Source: Lepidodermella squamata (taxonomy: Eukaryota > Animalia > Gastrotricha). Taken from it: 64,000 bases of DNA. The translations under genes were made by a program, and so were the position numbers. The stretch covers positions 62,001 through 126,000 of the forward strand of contig JBLDXI010000042.1 in the NCBI GenBank assembly GCA_047495785.1. Direction: 5' to 3'. Positions 37,188 through 49,711 of the stretch are shown here, piece after piece. The notes below the pieces were generated by a model. It ran no database searches, was not told where the DNA came from, and saw only the letters and a program-made list of their open reading frames with translations. Numbering within the stretch: position 1 is the first letter of the stretch; every line of letters starts with the position of its first letter.

Positions 37188-37810
37188 TCATGGATCTTGG
37201 AATTTTCTGAATTTTCTGTTGAAAACCGAAGCGGAACTTGAAGGTCGAAAATCGCGAAGCCTATGATGCAGGTGATCTTGAAACATGCAGAGACAAGACA
37301 AGACAGTGTTCAAAATCCCGGAATCTTCGCCATGACACCAGCCCGCGGTAACACGACAATGCCATAAAGCGAAGACAGGGGCAAAGCAGACATAGAATCG
37401 AGATCGCGGCGCCCGAGACAAGCTATCCAGCAAGTTTCAGGCGTTGAAGTCAAACATCACCGAGGCTGCCCCAATGACCGTGAACAAGGAGATGCGTAAC
37501 CATAACCAGTGATCCGTTGGCAAATCGAGCGCGCAAGCCAGAGCGAGACCTTGATCGTAAGGGCCGGATCCTGGAGACGAACATCAGTAGTGATAAACTG
37601 AACGCCATTGACATTGACCAGCGAAGCGCAGGGAATCATCGTTGAAGTCGCGACACGCGGCCTGGGCGATACCTTTATCAGCATAGCGTTGGCATTGTGG
37701 ACGAATTCGAACTGAACACTGAACGAGACTTTCGCAGCAAGATTCCGCAGTAGAGAAGTGGGTGGCCGTCCGGCAAGGATTTTGGTTCGATGCATTCTGT
37801 CAGGGAAATG
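37188..37810 (-). pseudogene. Degenerate hydrophobic coding-like segment, copy A (paralogues at 41720-42770 and 57880-58360)
   Basis: Nucleotide similarity across three loci with shared peptide blocks (DSLSR.PRSRF.VC.A.VFA.W, SGILNTVL, RKFQDP*). The reading frames are broken. Confidence 0.5.
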
Positions 37811-39118
37811 TCAAGACTTGGCCAGGCACTATAAATCGAACATAGAGATCTGCCATTCATGGCCCTTATTATCACAGAGAAATAACTGAAGCGAACATGG
37901 CATTGCCTAATTGATAATCACATGATATCACAAGCTAGTTAGCTTTTATACGATGGCGGGATGCCAGCCGGCAGATCTTTACATTCCTTTAACACTTTGC
38001 TAGAAGGTATTCACGCATTGGAAAAAACCTCCTGCAAATTTCGATTCTTAGCTCCGGGCTTCGGATTTGCTCAATCTAAGCCGTCACTCGAACTTTCACA
38101 AAACAGGACAGTGGTCTATTCATATACTTGATGATTTTCCTAGAAGAGTTCAAGTTAGATTTTCACTGATTTGATACTAGGTGAGGCGGCAGGAACAACT
38201 CACGATCATGATACGTGATCCCTTGAATATTATTAATCGTGATGTTCCGTCACTTTACCCAAAATTGTCTTCAAAAATGATGTCATACTTAATTTTGGAG
38301 GTTTGCTTTGTTTTTTGCAAACGAACGGATAACATGCAGTTTATAGTAAAACTGCCCAGTGTAGAAGATGGGAATTTTAACCACCGAAAGTGGGTATAGG
38401 TAAGTGTCTCCCCCCCCCCCCCCCCCCCCCTCCTAACATCGCTGATGTGCATAAATAACCACTGTGCTCATGTGCACACAGTTGGCATGTTTCGCGCTAG
38501 GAAATCTCGAAAAACTTGGCACTTTCGAGAATTTCGTTGAATTTGTACAATTTGACTGCGCCATCATGTCGGCCGTATGAAAATAGGCTAGAAACATTTA
38601 AAATCTCATTTTTTTTAATGGCGACTTGGCCTGATCCACAAATCGATGTGTTTAGAGAAACAGACGTAGAACGCTCGACCGAGTTCTGTGCAAAAGTTCA
38701 ACGATAAATTCATGTCTCTCACAACGTTTTAGTTGCTGGAACAGCTTAAAGCTTCAAGCCTGATGTGTCAAGGAAGCGTTCTCGGATACTCAGGCATCAG
38801 TAGAGCTGACGGCAACTCTAACAAGCACCATTGACCTGAACGTTCGCAGATGACTTCAACCTAGGAAGCTCGTACAAGGCTGAGGTTGAAAAGAGCGAGA
38901 TCAGGGCGACTCGTGTACCCAAACAAAAGAATCGCGTTCCAATAATAATGCAATATTCCGATGTAGCAGGCTACATGAACGCGAGATGAAGACAATGACC
39001 AGGGGAACACTATTGGGACTATTGCTGCCCTTGGGAATCGGAATGACGACAAGTCTTAACATTCTCACCTAATAATGATTATAAAATTCTATCGAAAAGT
39101 TATCGCGGTTTATTTGAA

Positions 39119-39475
39119 TCAGTTTTTGCTATAGACTACAGTTTTCTTATCGAGTGGTTGTTCAAGAGAAGGCGCACACTCCGCATATAGGTTGCACTGT
39201 GTTGAGCCGATGGTGATATCGAAGGCGGCGCACTGTTCCGTGGCCGAGCACAGTTGAGCGCAGTTTTCAGGCTTCGAAACGGCATAGCGACGGAATTGTG
39301 GCAACTTGCAGCGGTGACTCACAAGCGAGTAACTGGCAATGACCGGCTTTGAAAGATGACCTGAGTCGAATTTCGGAGGTGCGGCCTGATTTAAACGACC
39401 CAAGGTGATTATTGTGGCTGCTATTAGGCAAATTACAATGATGACTGTGCACACGTCGTAAATTTTTGCCGGCAT
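39119..39475 (-). CDS. Single PAN/apple-domain microprotein with N-terminal hydrophobic segment, copy 1
   Basis: S-x-E-x-CAQLC-x4-CAAF-x7-CNLY PAN consensus with flanking Cys residues; 118 aa, intronless. Confidence 0.8.
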   Translation of the reverse strand: MPAKIYDVCTVIIVICLIAATIITLGRLNQAAPPKFDSGHLSKPVIASYSLVSHRCKLPQFRRYAVSKPENCAQLCSATEQCAAFDITIGSTQCNLYAECAPSLEQPLDKKTVVYSKN

Positions 39476-39997
39476 TATTATAGTAATTGAGCGATGATGG
39501 AAAAGTGTAAATAATATATCAACGAATACAAATTACTACTACGAATGCTTTGTTGTTCCGTGTTCGCAGTACTCTCTCTGTGTTATCAGCTGTATTTTGA
39601 TCTTTTTGTCATCCGAAGTGACGAAGAATATTATTACAGCGACTATTTTACTGACAAAAATATATGTTTGGCTTGAATAGAATAGAACTTCACCTCTTGA
39701 ATTGAGCAACTCGAACCTTCTTATAGGATTTGAGTGACAATCATTTCCCTCAATTTTCCTGCATTAGTGAGTGCGACGTATTATCTCCGAGCTGGGGAAT
39801 ATTTTGGGGTAATTTTGGGGTAAAGACCTCCCTGGGGTGTTTCCGTGTCTTCATCTCGGAACCTTGGAACCTTGGCATCTTAGGCCGGATTTTGCGGAGT
39901 CAAAGTCCAACTACGTGTTGCTCTGATGGTCGATATGATAGCATCAATGGGATCAATGGGGCTTGGCAGCACGCGATTCTAACAATTGATTAATATA

Positions 39998-40174
39998 CAG
40001 TACTCCCTCGATAAAAGCACTGGGAGCCAGACCCGTTCGTTTAACAAGGGTGCCGTACATTACGAAGAAGCAAAAAATTGGCACCATGTGAGGCGCTAAT
40101 CCTCTTCCGATCGTAAACAGCCCTCGATAAGGAAACGGTCTTATAAAAAGGTTGCCTTTAACGAGGGAGCACTG
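39998..40174. mobile_element. pogo/Tigger-like MITE (related partial copy at 59221-59390)
   Basis: CAGTACTCCCTCG...CGAGGGAGCACTG flanked by TA. Confidence 0.8.
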
Positions 40175-40519
40175 TAGTATGAAAAAAAATCGCACCCACC
40201 AACCCGACCAGCCCCACTATCGCGACCGACCCAGCAACAAGTAGTTTGACACTGCATATCCAGACTAAGATCTTCTAACTCCCCGCCCCGCAACATCTCT
40301 TCCTGTATCCCACGCGGATTGCTCTCTGGGTACCCACGGCAATCCTCTCTAGAAAAACGAAAAATACGATTCATAACGAAATTATAATTGAAATATCGCC
40401 ATTGATGAAAGCATTGAGGCAATGCGCTCTAAAGACGTATTCAGCTAAAATGTCGACTATCCAATAGCCAAAACAAATATACTTACTTTTGTTTTGAAAA
40501 GCACACTGTCATTTTTTTC

Positions 40520-40685
40520 ATGATCTTAAATAGAAGCCTCACTGCCATTCTTTCTTCCATTACCATTATTTTACTACTCGGAATAGCTTCTCAACACAAT
40601 AATCGATCCAAAGACTGCGAACAAGTGCGGCTAAATAACAACCGATCGAGCGGAATTGAATGGCTCGAAAAAATCTACCGAAATC
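40520..40685 (+). pseudogene. Glycosyltransferase-like copy 5, 5' stub only
   Basis: MILNRSL..SGIEWLEKIYR matches the N-terminus of copy 7, then switches abruptly to unrelated sequence. Confidence 0.8.
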
Positions 40686-41653
40686 TAGCAAATTTTCCAA
40701 ATCCATTTAAGTGGTTGAAACGTCGTAATTTTTTTCTTAGTGGTGCAGTAGGGTCCATCTTATCTTGCAACGTGAAAGAAATGTTGATGCCAAGGAAGGA
40801 AACCAATCAACAAGCGGTTCGCGGACAAATTTTAACATCAAGCAACGTCAGAAATTTCTCAAATTTCATGATTTTGTTATTAATCCAGCCGCGAAAACTT
40901 GAAAATTCTCTTGAAACCTTTAGCTTCAGTTCTCAAGCAATAGAGCTGCCTAGAAATTTAACAATTTGGCAAGCAGCAAATGATTTTCTTGCCAAAGACA
41001 TATCGCTATCATGGGGTCTATGTATGGCGGCGGGACGAAACTGAGATCGGAGAACTCGAGGCAGCCAGACCCGTTGGACCGATTTCGAAACTACAACTGG
41101 ACATCTCTAAATGAGTTCCGCGACTGGAACGCTTCCATTCATTTTGGTCAACGCGCCACGCCGGGTTTCAGGTGCCACTGTCGATACTTTCAAAAGCAGT
41201 ATGTTTGCGGCCATTCGTTGGGCTTCGATGTTCAGGTTCTTAACAAGCCGAAACCCATCTGGGTCCAGTTGGAGCTTTCAAAGCTGGAAAGGCGCAACAA
41301 GCCCGGGCGTCCACCGAGAGACAAGCTAGCTTTAAAAGTTGACGTTCCAGCTGTGACACCGTTGCCTGGCTGGGATGTTGACCAGGTTTCTCGCCTCGCT
41401 ACGAGCAACACGCTGATCCTAAATTCATGTTGAGTTGAACATGTTTTCGAAACATTTTTTCCGAGTTTCATCGAATTATATGGCAATAATTATGGGGACT
41501 TAACTTATTGCCGATGGTGAATCCTAAAGAATACAAGGCCCTGCCTATTAATACGGTTCTGCCCTTTATTGTTTCAAATGACCACTGCCATCTGCCCTTT
41601 ATTCCGGTTCTGCCCTATAATTGGGTCCTGCCTAATAATTCGTAAAATACAGT
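40686..41653 (+). mobile_element. 3' fragment of a DNA transposon with a SWIM zinc finger (MULE-like)
   Basis: FRCHCRYFQKQYVCGH (CxC-x7-CxH) followed by KPGRPP..AL. Subterminal ctgccc(t)ta repeats end in aaatacagta. Confidence 0.65.
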
Positions 41654-41719
41654 ATTTTACAAGAAGCGAAAAAATGTAAGTTTTTAATTATAAAATAACT
41701 AATATTTTTCATGCACAAT

Positions 41720-42770
41720 TGAATTTTCTGTTGAAAACCGAAGCGGAACTTGAAGGTCGAAAATCGCGAAGACTACGAGGCAAGAGTTAATGGCACATGC
41801 AGAAACAAGACAAGACATAGTTCGAAATCACAGAATCGTTGCTATGACACCATCCTGGAATCTCGACAACGCCATCAAGAGAAGGCAGGGGCCAAACGGT
41901 CGTTGAATTGAGATCGTGGCGCCTGCGACAAGCTGTCCATATTTTCATTTTTGAAGTCAAACATCAGCGAGGCTGCCCCAACCGTGAACAAGGATATGCG
42001 TAGCCATAATCAGTGAGCCGTCGGCAAATCGAGCGCGCAAGCCAGTGCGAGACCTTGAGCTTAAGGGCTGGATCTAGGAGTCGAACGACAGTAGTGATGT
42101 TGGGGCCCGAGTCCGAATACTACCCGTACGCGCTCGGGCCGCTTTAAAACATCCACCGCACACGGGCCGGCCAAGGTGTCGGCCCGAGCACGGCGGAGAA
42201 CAATAGGAACCAGCGCTATTGTTAGGCACCGCACCCGGGTTGTCGGGCTCGGGCCTCTTAAATCGGACCGCCGGGCTTGGGTCGCCGGGCTCGGGTCATC
42301 TTCTAACCAATACCCAACCCGATAACTGTGCCCAAGCCCGGCGGCCCGAGTACGACGCGCGCGAGGGCCTGTGTTCCTGTGTGGTTCCCATTGCCCTCCG
42401 CCGTGCTCGGGCCGACACCTTGGCCGGCCCGTGTGCGGTGGAGCGTGATTCTTCCAAAGTGCTATTACCCGGCCGCATACGGGCCGGCCCGAACGCGTAC
42501 GGGTAGAAATCGGGCCCAACAACGATAAGCCGAACGCCATTGACCAGCTAAGCGCCAGAAAACATCGTTGAAGTTGATGCCGCAACACCACACCCCCCAG
42601 TTCAGCAGTCGAAGGTGGGAAAAACCATAAAGACCACAGGGCCTTTAAAATGGGCCTGAAAATACCCCATAGTTCGAGGATCCTACGTCTCGCACAGTGA
42701 ACGTATTCCGTAGAAGCGTGGTGGGTGGCCGGCCGGCAAGGATTTTTATTCGATTCATTCTGTCAGGAAG
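41720..42770 (-). pseudogene. Degenerate hydrophobic coding-like segment, copy B, with inserted MITEs
   Basis: Collinear with 37210-37810 on both sides of the insertions. Confidence 0.5.
42092..42526. mobile_element. GC-rich hAT-like MITE
   Basis: Termini tagtgatgttggggcccga and tcgggcccaacaacgata with internal gggccg/ccgggc repeats. Absent from the paralogue at about 37588. Confidence 0.7.
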
Positions 42771-43635
42771 ATTTCAAGAGTAGTTCGAAATTCAGTTTTT
42801 TGAATAAAAGACCCACGAATATGGACTGTGTGAATATTGATAAAATTGAATATTTAGTGCTGGAACTCATATTTAGGTGCCCAAATGATTTAGTGCGAGC
42901 TGTTTGCAAATTAGGTAAACGCACTCTCAAATTTAGTGCTGGAACCTCATTTTAGGTGGTGCACTTATTTAGACCCAAATTGAACTTCGGTTTAAAAATT
43001 TTTATCATCGTGGTTTCGACATATATTATACAGTTTTTTGCGCTGAATCCGCTGGTATAAGATTCGAGGGGTTTGGAGCGGTTCGAAAGGGTGAAAAGCC
43101 ATGTTGAAAAATAGCTATTTTTCGCTATATTTTTGGTCGCGCTGAAATATAATCAGCGAAGGTAGAGCAAGACGCCGCTCTGATCGCTGAAGTACATCAA
43201 GGTGATTATCCGATAACGAGATCTCCTCTCGAGCGTTCATATCTAGTGAGATCTAAAATCCTGGTACCAGTTTCTAGTTTCTACTATAATTCGTTTTTAA
43301 TTTTTAGAAATCCACCTTTGCGTCGTGGAAAATAATCACAAGAGTAAAAGTTTCCTAATTTGAGCTCTATCAGATAAAAATATTTCCGAGCTATTCTGAG
43401 AACCTTGGTAAGGTCGCTTGTCGAATTGACCTGGAACGACCCCTTCCTTAGAATCCATTCGAGTCTTGCAGCTTAGAAGTGATGAAAATGACGGAAAACT
43501 CATTGGCTAATATTTTTATTATGTATCTAATTCAAGTATGTTCTGCTGATAATTTCCCTAAGATCTCAACTCATCTGAAATGTTGTAGCGCGGAACAGCT
43601 ACTTTATTTTTCTAAACAATTAAGAATTATTAACT

Positions 43636-46600
43636 TCAATTAAGCTTCATTCTCTTCATAGGCGAGTGTGCACAGTTCGATTCCGTTCTCCACCTGAGAA
43701 TGTCAATGGTTATCCTCTTGGTTACCTCCCACACGTTATCGCCGCAATTCTGAGCGAGGAGCAGAGCTGTCCAGCCTGTCGACGGTGCACTGTAATTGGC
43801 ATCAGCTCCCGCCTCCCGTGTTAGAACATCTACAACGTTGTAGTGACCATTCACTGATGCACACATGAGCGGTGTCATCCATTTTTCAGATGGCGATGTT
43901 TGACCGAGTATCCTCGCCAACCGAGATGAGACCTCATTGTTGATGCACAGAGCATTTACATCGACTTTGAATTCTCCGGCAAGAATTCTCACGATATCCA
44001 CGTGCGCGTACTTAACAGCGCAATGTAATGGAGTCTCGCCATTTTTATCAGAGGCATTAACGTCAGCTTTGAATTCTCCGGCAAGATTTCTCACGATTTC
44101 CGCGTGTCCATTCACAGCGGCACGATGCAATGGAGTCCTGCCAATAAGATCAGAGGCATTAACGACAGCTTTGAATTCGCCGGCAAGAATTCTCACGATA
44201 TCCGCGTGTCCATTCTGAGCAGCGGAATGCAATGGAGTCTCGCCATTATGATCAGAGGCATTAACGTCAGCTTTGAATTCGCCGGCAAGATTTCTCACGA
44301 TTTCCGCTTCTCCAATCTCGGCAGCGTAATGCAAGGGAGTCTCGCCATTTTCTTTAGAGGCATTAACGTCAGCTTTGAATTCGCCGGCAAGAATTCTCAC
44401 GATATCCGCGTGTCCATTCTGAGCAGCGGAATGCAATGGAGTCTCGCCATTATGATCAGAGGCATTAACGTCAGCTTTGAATTCTCCGGCAAGAATTCTC
44501 ACGATATCCGCGTATCCATTCTCAGCAGCGACATACAAGGGAGTCCTGCCATCTTTACTAGATGCATTAACGTCAGCTTTGAATTCGCCGGCAAGAAGTC
44601 TTACGATATCCGCGTGCCCGTACTTAACAGCGGAATGTAATGGAGTCTCGCCATTATGATCAGAGGCATTAACGTCAGCTTTGAATTCGCCGGCAAGATT
44701 TCTCACGATTTCCGCTTCTCCAATCTCAGCAGCGTAATGTAATGGAGTCTCGCCATTTTCTTTAGAGGCATTAACGAAAGCTTTGAATTCGCCGGCAAGA
44801 ATTCTCACGATATCCGCGTGTCCATACTTAACAGCGATGTGCAAGGGAGTCCTGCCATATTCATCAGAGGCATTGACGTCAGCATGGTATTCGCTGGCTA
44901 AAATGCTCACGATTTCTGCATGTCCATTCTCAGCAGCGATGTGCAAGAGCGTCTCGCGTTCATAATTAATTTCTCTAAAATTACCTGCCTTGGCAAGAAT
45001 TTTTAAGATCTCGGCGTGTCCTTCTCGGGCTGCGATGTGTAACGGTGCCATGCCATCTCTCGATTTTGCGTTTGCTATAGCTTTGAATTCCACTGCAAGT
45101 AAAATAACCATGTCCATGTGGCCTCCGAGCACGGCCAAATGTAAGGGTGTATAGCCCGAATTCATAATCGTGTTCACATCTTTTATGAAATCAGATGCTA
45201 GCAATTTTGCAACTTCAGTCTGACCTTCCAACGCAGCAACATGTAACAAACTCATGCCTTGCTCATTCGTTATTTGAGTGTTCGCTCCCATTTCTTTCGC
45301 TAATAATCTAACCATCGTTGATTGGCCGTTCTCCGCTGCAGCCCATATCGGCGTCTTACCATCTGCAGCTGCCGTCTCAACACTTCTCTGTGGCAATCGT
45401 CCAAGTATTCGTGCAATCTTTGTTCGACCGTTATTAGAGGCGACGTACATCGGCGTTCTTCCCAGTAGGTCCGTAGATAATGGATCAGCCTTGAACTTTG
45501 TCACCAGAAGATCTACTATATCATCATGGCCCTCTTGTGCAGCCAGAAACAACGGGGTAACACCTTCGTCATTCTTACAGTTCACATCCAAATTCAAAGT
45601 TGTATTTGATAACAGCGATTCAATTTCTGCCGTGTTGTGTTGCCTGATGAGTCGAAAGAGATACTGAAACGACGGAATAGAAGTACAGTGTGTCCAAAAA
45701 ATTTTGCAACATTACAAATCAATGCAGCTCCCTCATTTTGGCGAATTTTTCCATGATCAAGACAGATTCTGAAAACTCAAATCACCGCGTTTTTTTCGAT
45801 ATCCATTTTATAAAAATCAGCCTTAAAATGAGTGCACAAACAAAGTTTGAAATGAAAAAATGCAATTTCTTTTTGACAACGACTTTTTCACCGCTATTTT
45901 CGTTGTTTAATCGTTGCATGTGGCCTCCAACGGTCAAAGCCCGTATAGTTGAGCTTTACTTTACTCACGGCAACTCTCCGACGTCTGCCTGCAGAGCCTT
46001 CCGGCTCGAAAACAGAGGCTCAACCAGTTTTAAAGTTCCGGATCGTTCGTTGGTATTGAGATGGGTATCAAATTTCCGGCGACGAGGATTAGTCAAGAAC
46101 AATCGAGTTCCACATAAGAAATCGAAGTCAACGCCTGCAGTCATTCAACGAGTTCGACGAAACATCAAGCGTCGGGTTAAACTCCATCAACCAACATCAT
46201 TGCGAGCTGTTAGTGAGAAGTGGGGTCTGACGAAATCAACATGCAGGAACATTTTCAAAAAGGAACATTTCGAAAAGTCGTTGTAATTTTGAAAATTATT
46301 TTTTTGCACATTATCTGTCACATCTTTCTCATTTTTGAACTTAACGCTATGTGAATTTAACCAAATAAACGCGGTGATTTGAGCTTTCAGAATCTGTCTT
46401 GATCATGGAAAAATTCGCCAAAATGAGGGAGCTGCATCGATTTGTAATGTTGCAAAATTTTTTGGACACACTGTATATCTACGAATTCATTATCGAATCC
46501 ACATACCATCTGCGCAACTTTTGGATCCAACAACTCTGTGAAACTGATCTCATGCGCATTGTTCAGGATTAGCGGAGAATTTGGATCATTCAAAGATTTG

Positions 46601-49600
46601 AGTAGATCTAGCGGCGGCATACGCCTCGAACTTTCTTTCACCAAAAATGCCAAAATTATGTTTTGGAACTCGGGCGAATAGCCACGCGAATCGTTAAAGG
46701 GTTTTCGAATGTTTCTGAAAATGTGTTATCGTGATTCTCCTAAGATTTTCAGGTAAAGAACTTACAGCATGATATCCAGGGCATTCTCAAACTGGGAAGA
46801 AGCCACGTGGTAAAAGAGTAAAAGACTTGGAAATAAAGCTAACAGGCCTGTAAAAATTGGCTAGCTCGAACAAAGTTACGCCCAAAGACCACCAATCGCT
46901 TTCGTTCGAGTGCTCATTTTTGCCAAATAATTCAGGCGCCATGTACAGTTCGGTACCAAGCCTGAAGTTGTACGCTGTCCTTTGGATACTGTTTGAAGAG
47001 CTTGAAGAGTTGTTGACACATTGCGGAACATTTATTGTAATGAATAAATTCATCAGTTTTTACCTATCATATATTTTCGTCAGACCAAAATCGCCGAGTT
47101 TTACCAAACCGTTTTGCAGGAAAATATTTGTCGGCTTGATGTCGCGATGGAGCGCTCGCTTTTCATGCAGAGCAGCCAGTGCTGAAGCCAGTTGTAGCGA
47201 CCATTCTAATAGCAAATCTTGAGAAATGGGACGTCCGTTTGCTTTCTTCATGTAATCATCCAAGTCTCCACCCGAACAGTATTCCATGACAAGGTAATAA
47301 ACAACAGCTCCAGATGTTTCTTTCTCTGTGGTATTAAAGGAAGCAGCCGTGTTAAAAGCAAAGTTCAGCTCGTCAGAAGTCTATTTTAGGAATTGTCCGG
47401 TTAAATAATGGAGCAATATGTTTTTTGTTAAGAAAGAATAGAAAAGAAAATCCATATTACTCTAGGCGAAGCTCACATAATAATATAATAACATAATAAG
47501 AATCCGCCTCCAATAATGTCGCCCGAGCAAAGCGGGACGCTGATTTCATCGAGCGAAGCGAGAAAAAACACTTGAAACTCTTCGAACGAAGCGAGATCAC
47601 TTTTCTAGTTTCAGAATGAAATTCGTTTAAAAATGCCGTTTTCATCGTACAGTTTTAAGGTTGATTTTTTAAAGTCGCATTTCACACCAGAAAATAACCT
47701 ATTATGTCACATTTTTCCATTTAAATTGCAGTTTTATCGGGAACGGTGAACGCTTCGCCTTGAGTAATATGTCTAATAAGGCCCACGGTACGGGAAAATC
47801 GCATAATAAGACTCGGCTTCGCCTCGCCTTATTACATTATGTTTCCGATTTTCCGGGTCAAAGTCCATTGTCAGCCATTGCTGTCATCCATCAGCCACAG
47901 TCAGCTCGCGTGTTGTCGTCCAGAGAGCTTGGTGACTTGGTGACTTGGTGACTTGGTCGTGTCATTGCAATTTTCAATGCAAATTTCGCATGATTTTTCC
48001 AGGTGTTACTTATTACACTGCAGCACCTATAACCTTTATTTTGTACCTGTATCATCAATAACCATGACATCATCGACAAGCTTTTCGTTTTGATAATTTT
48101 TCAGGTCAAGGTATCTATGCTTTGATGACTTACAAACAAATTGTTTTGAGAAATTGAATTTAGGGGAAAGGAAAACATAAATATTTGGTTTCACTTTTTA
48201 CTGACTTTTAGCTTGGGGTAAAACTGAATAAGATGGGAAGCAGAATGCATTTGCAGAAGTAATGAATTTTCAAATATTTCTGGAAAATATCGCGATTGAT
48301 AAGCAGAAATCCAAAACAATTTTCTGCATAAGGCCTGATCATCGCTTTGAGATCATGGCCTGCTTTGCCTTATTTGCCGATTTTCCTGCATTTTTAAAGA
48401 AGTCACTGTTTTTAACTTGGTTGCGTTTATGGTGCCAGGATCTAAACTTAGGCTCCGTTATCCGGATTTTATGATTTTTGACGCCGGATAACAACCATAT
48501 CCGGGTCTTATCGGTGGACAGCGATGGATATTCGTCCTTCAGGCCACCATTCCGGCGTTCGGCTGCGCCCCTGGCCCACATAGAAAGCCTTCTTGCCTTC
48601 AGGCCAATATCCATCGTGCTATCCACCAATGATATCCACCCGGATATTGTATGCAACAAGCAAATTTGGCTCTGCTAAAAATATTCTGTTTGATAATAAG
48701 CATACATCTTGGTGTGATGTCTCCTTTTCACCTAAAAGACGGAAATTAGCTTTGATTTGACTCCAATTAACACATGGTAACATTGAGTTGCGCCCACTCG
48801 GCAAATCTTTAATCTCAGTGCTACTCATGTCATGTTTTGTAGCACCAAACCTGTAAAATGTTTAATTGCATCATTTTGATTCACCATCGTTGGCCATGTT
48901 ATTAAACAGTGGTTAAAAGTCCCTGAATTACTTGAAAAACTCGTTACGAACTAAACGCAAGAGATTAACATAGACGTAACCGCAATTCACCCGTTTCTTG
49001 ATAGCAGGTTGCAAGAGACTTCCCGATCATTTTCTGAACACACTATATGTGCTGCAGTGTAATAAGTAACACCTGGAAAAATCATGCGAAATTTGCATTG
49101 AAAATTGCAATGACACGACCAAGTCACCAAGTCACCAAGTCACCAAGCTCTCTGGACGACAACACGCGAGCTGACTGTGGCTGATGGATGACAGCAATGG
49201 CTGACAATGGACTTTGACCCGGAAAATCGGAAACATAATGTATGTGAGTTTTTCCTCGAAACTAGCCTTCCCTAGGGCCTTATTTATACATATTTTTTTC
49301 TCTACGCTTTCAAGAGACGAAATGGCTTAGGGGTGCCAATAAGGCTCGAAGTTAGTTCGCTTAAAGTAGGTTGACATAACCTACCTGTAAAAGCTCCAAA
49401 AACATAAACAACATTAGGATGTGACAATTTGTTTAATTTCTCATGCTGCAAAAGCAACAGCTGCAAAAGAGGTCGCAACTAGATGAAATCGTTACCTCTT
49501 CCTTGCTCAATTTCACCAGCCTTTCTGCGAAAGTTGGTTCCGCAGCAAATATTTCACGAATTCGCGTGAGATTTACTGCCTTGACAGCGTAATGTGCCAC

Positions 49601-49711
49601 GTCGTTGCTCCGCCTGCATAGCATCGTAGAGCCGAAGTAACCTCTTCCCAATGACTTCTCGATTTTGAAGTCCTGCATTGAATAATACGTATTTTCCACA
49701 CCTGCCGCCAT
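43636..49711 (-). CDS. NIMA-related (NEK-like) Ser/Thr kinase fused to a long C-terminal ankyrin array (about 7 exons)
   Basis: Exon 49711-49496 (LGRGYFG, YAVK), 49445-49386 (LSHPNVV), about 47326-47064 (MEYCSGGDL, LHRDIKPTNIFL, KLGDFG), the YMAPE/SDWWSLG exon, two further exons ending at 46507, and a last exon 45663-43636 (about 18 ankyrin repeats). All junctions checked splice in frame. Confidence 0.88.
43950..44950 (-). repeat. 102-bp tandem coding repeats (34-aa ankyrin units)
   Basis: Recurring gaggcattaacgtcagctttgaattc(g/t)ccggcaaga at 102-bp spacing. Confidence 0.92.
45686..46473 (+). mobile_element. Internally deleted Tc1/mariner-superfamily element in an intron
   Basis: Terminal inverted repeats of about 105 bp (CAGTGTGTCCAAAAAATTTTGCAAC..) with TA flanks. 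The internal ORF retains only the N-terminal HTH region (RIVELYF..S..SA.RAFR..P.RS.V.RWV.NF). Confidence 0.88.
47766..49293. mobile_element. Palindromic non-autonomous element, Crypton-like, in kinase intron 2
   Basis: Outer imperfect inverted ends aatatgtctaataaggccc and gggccttatttatacatatt, an actcggcttcgcctcg motif near the left end, and an apparently perfect inner inverted repeat of about 194 bp (47833-48026 and 49049-49242). Confidence 0.7.

Noticed and set aside
38409-38430. Poly-C run as a functional G-quadruplex
   Set aside because: It is an isolated homopolymer within inserted DNA that is absent from the paralogous flank near 50240.
43950-44950. CRISPR-like repeat-spacer pattern
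   Set aside because: The 102-bp period is coding ankyrin sequence, the context is eukaryotic, and there are no cas genes.
45686-46473. Tc1-like insertion inactivating the kinase-ankyrin gene
   Set aside because: It lies inside a GT-AG intron (46506-45664) whose removal keeps the frame.
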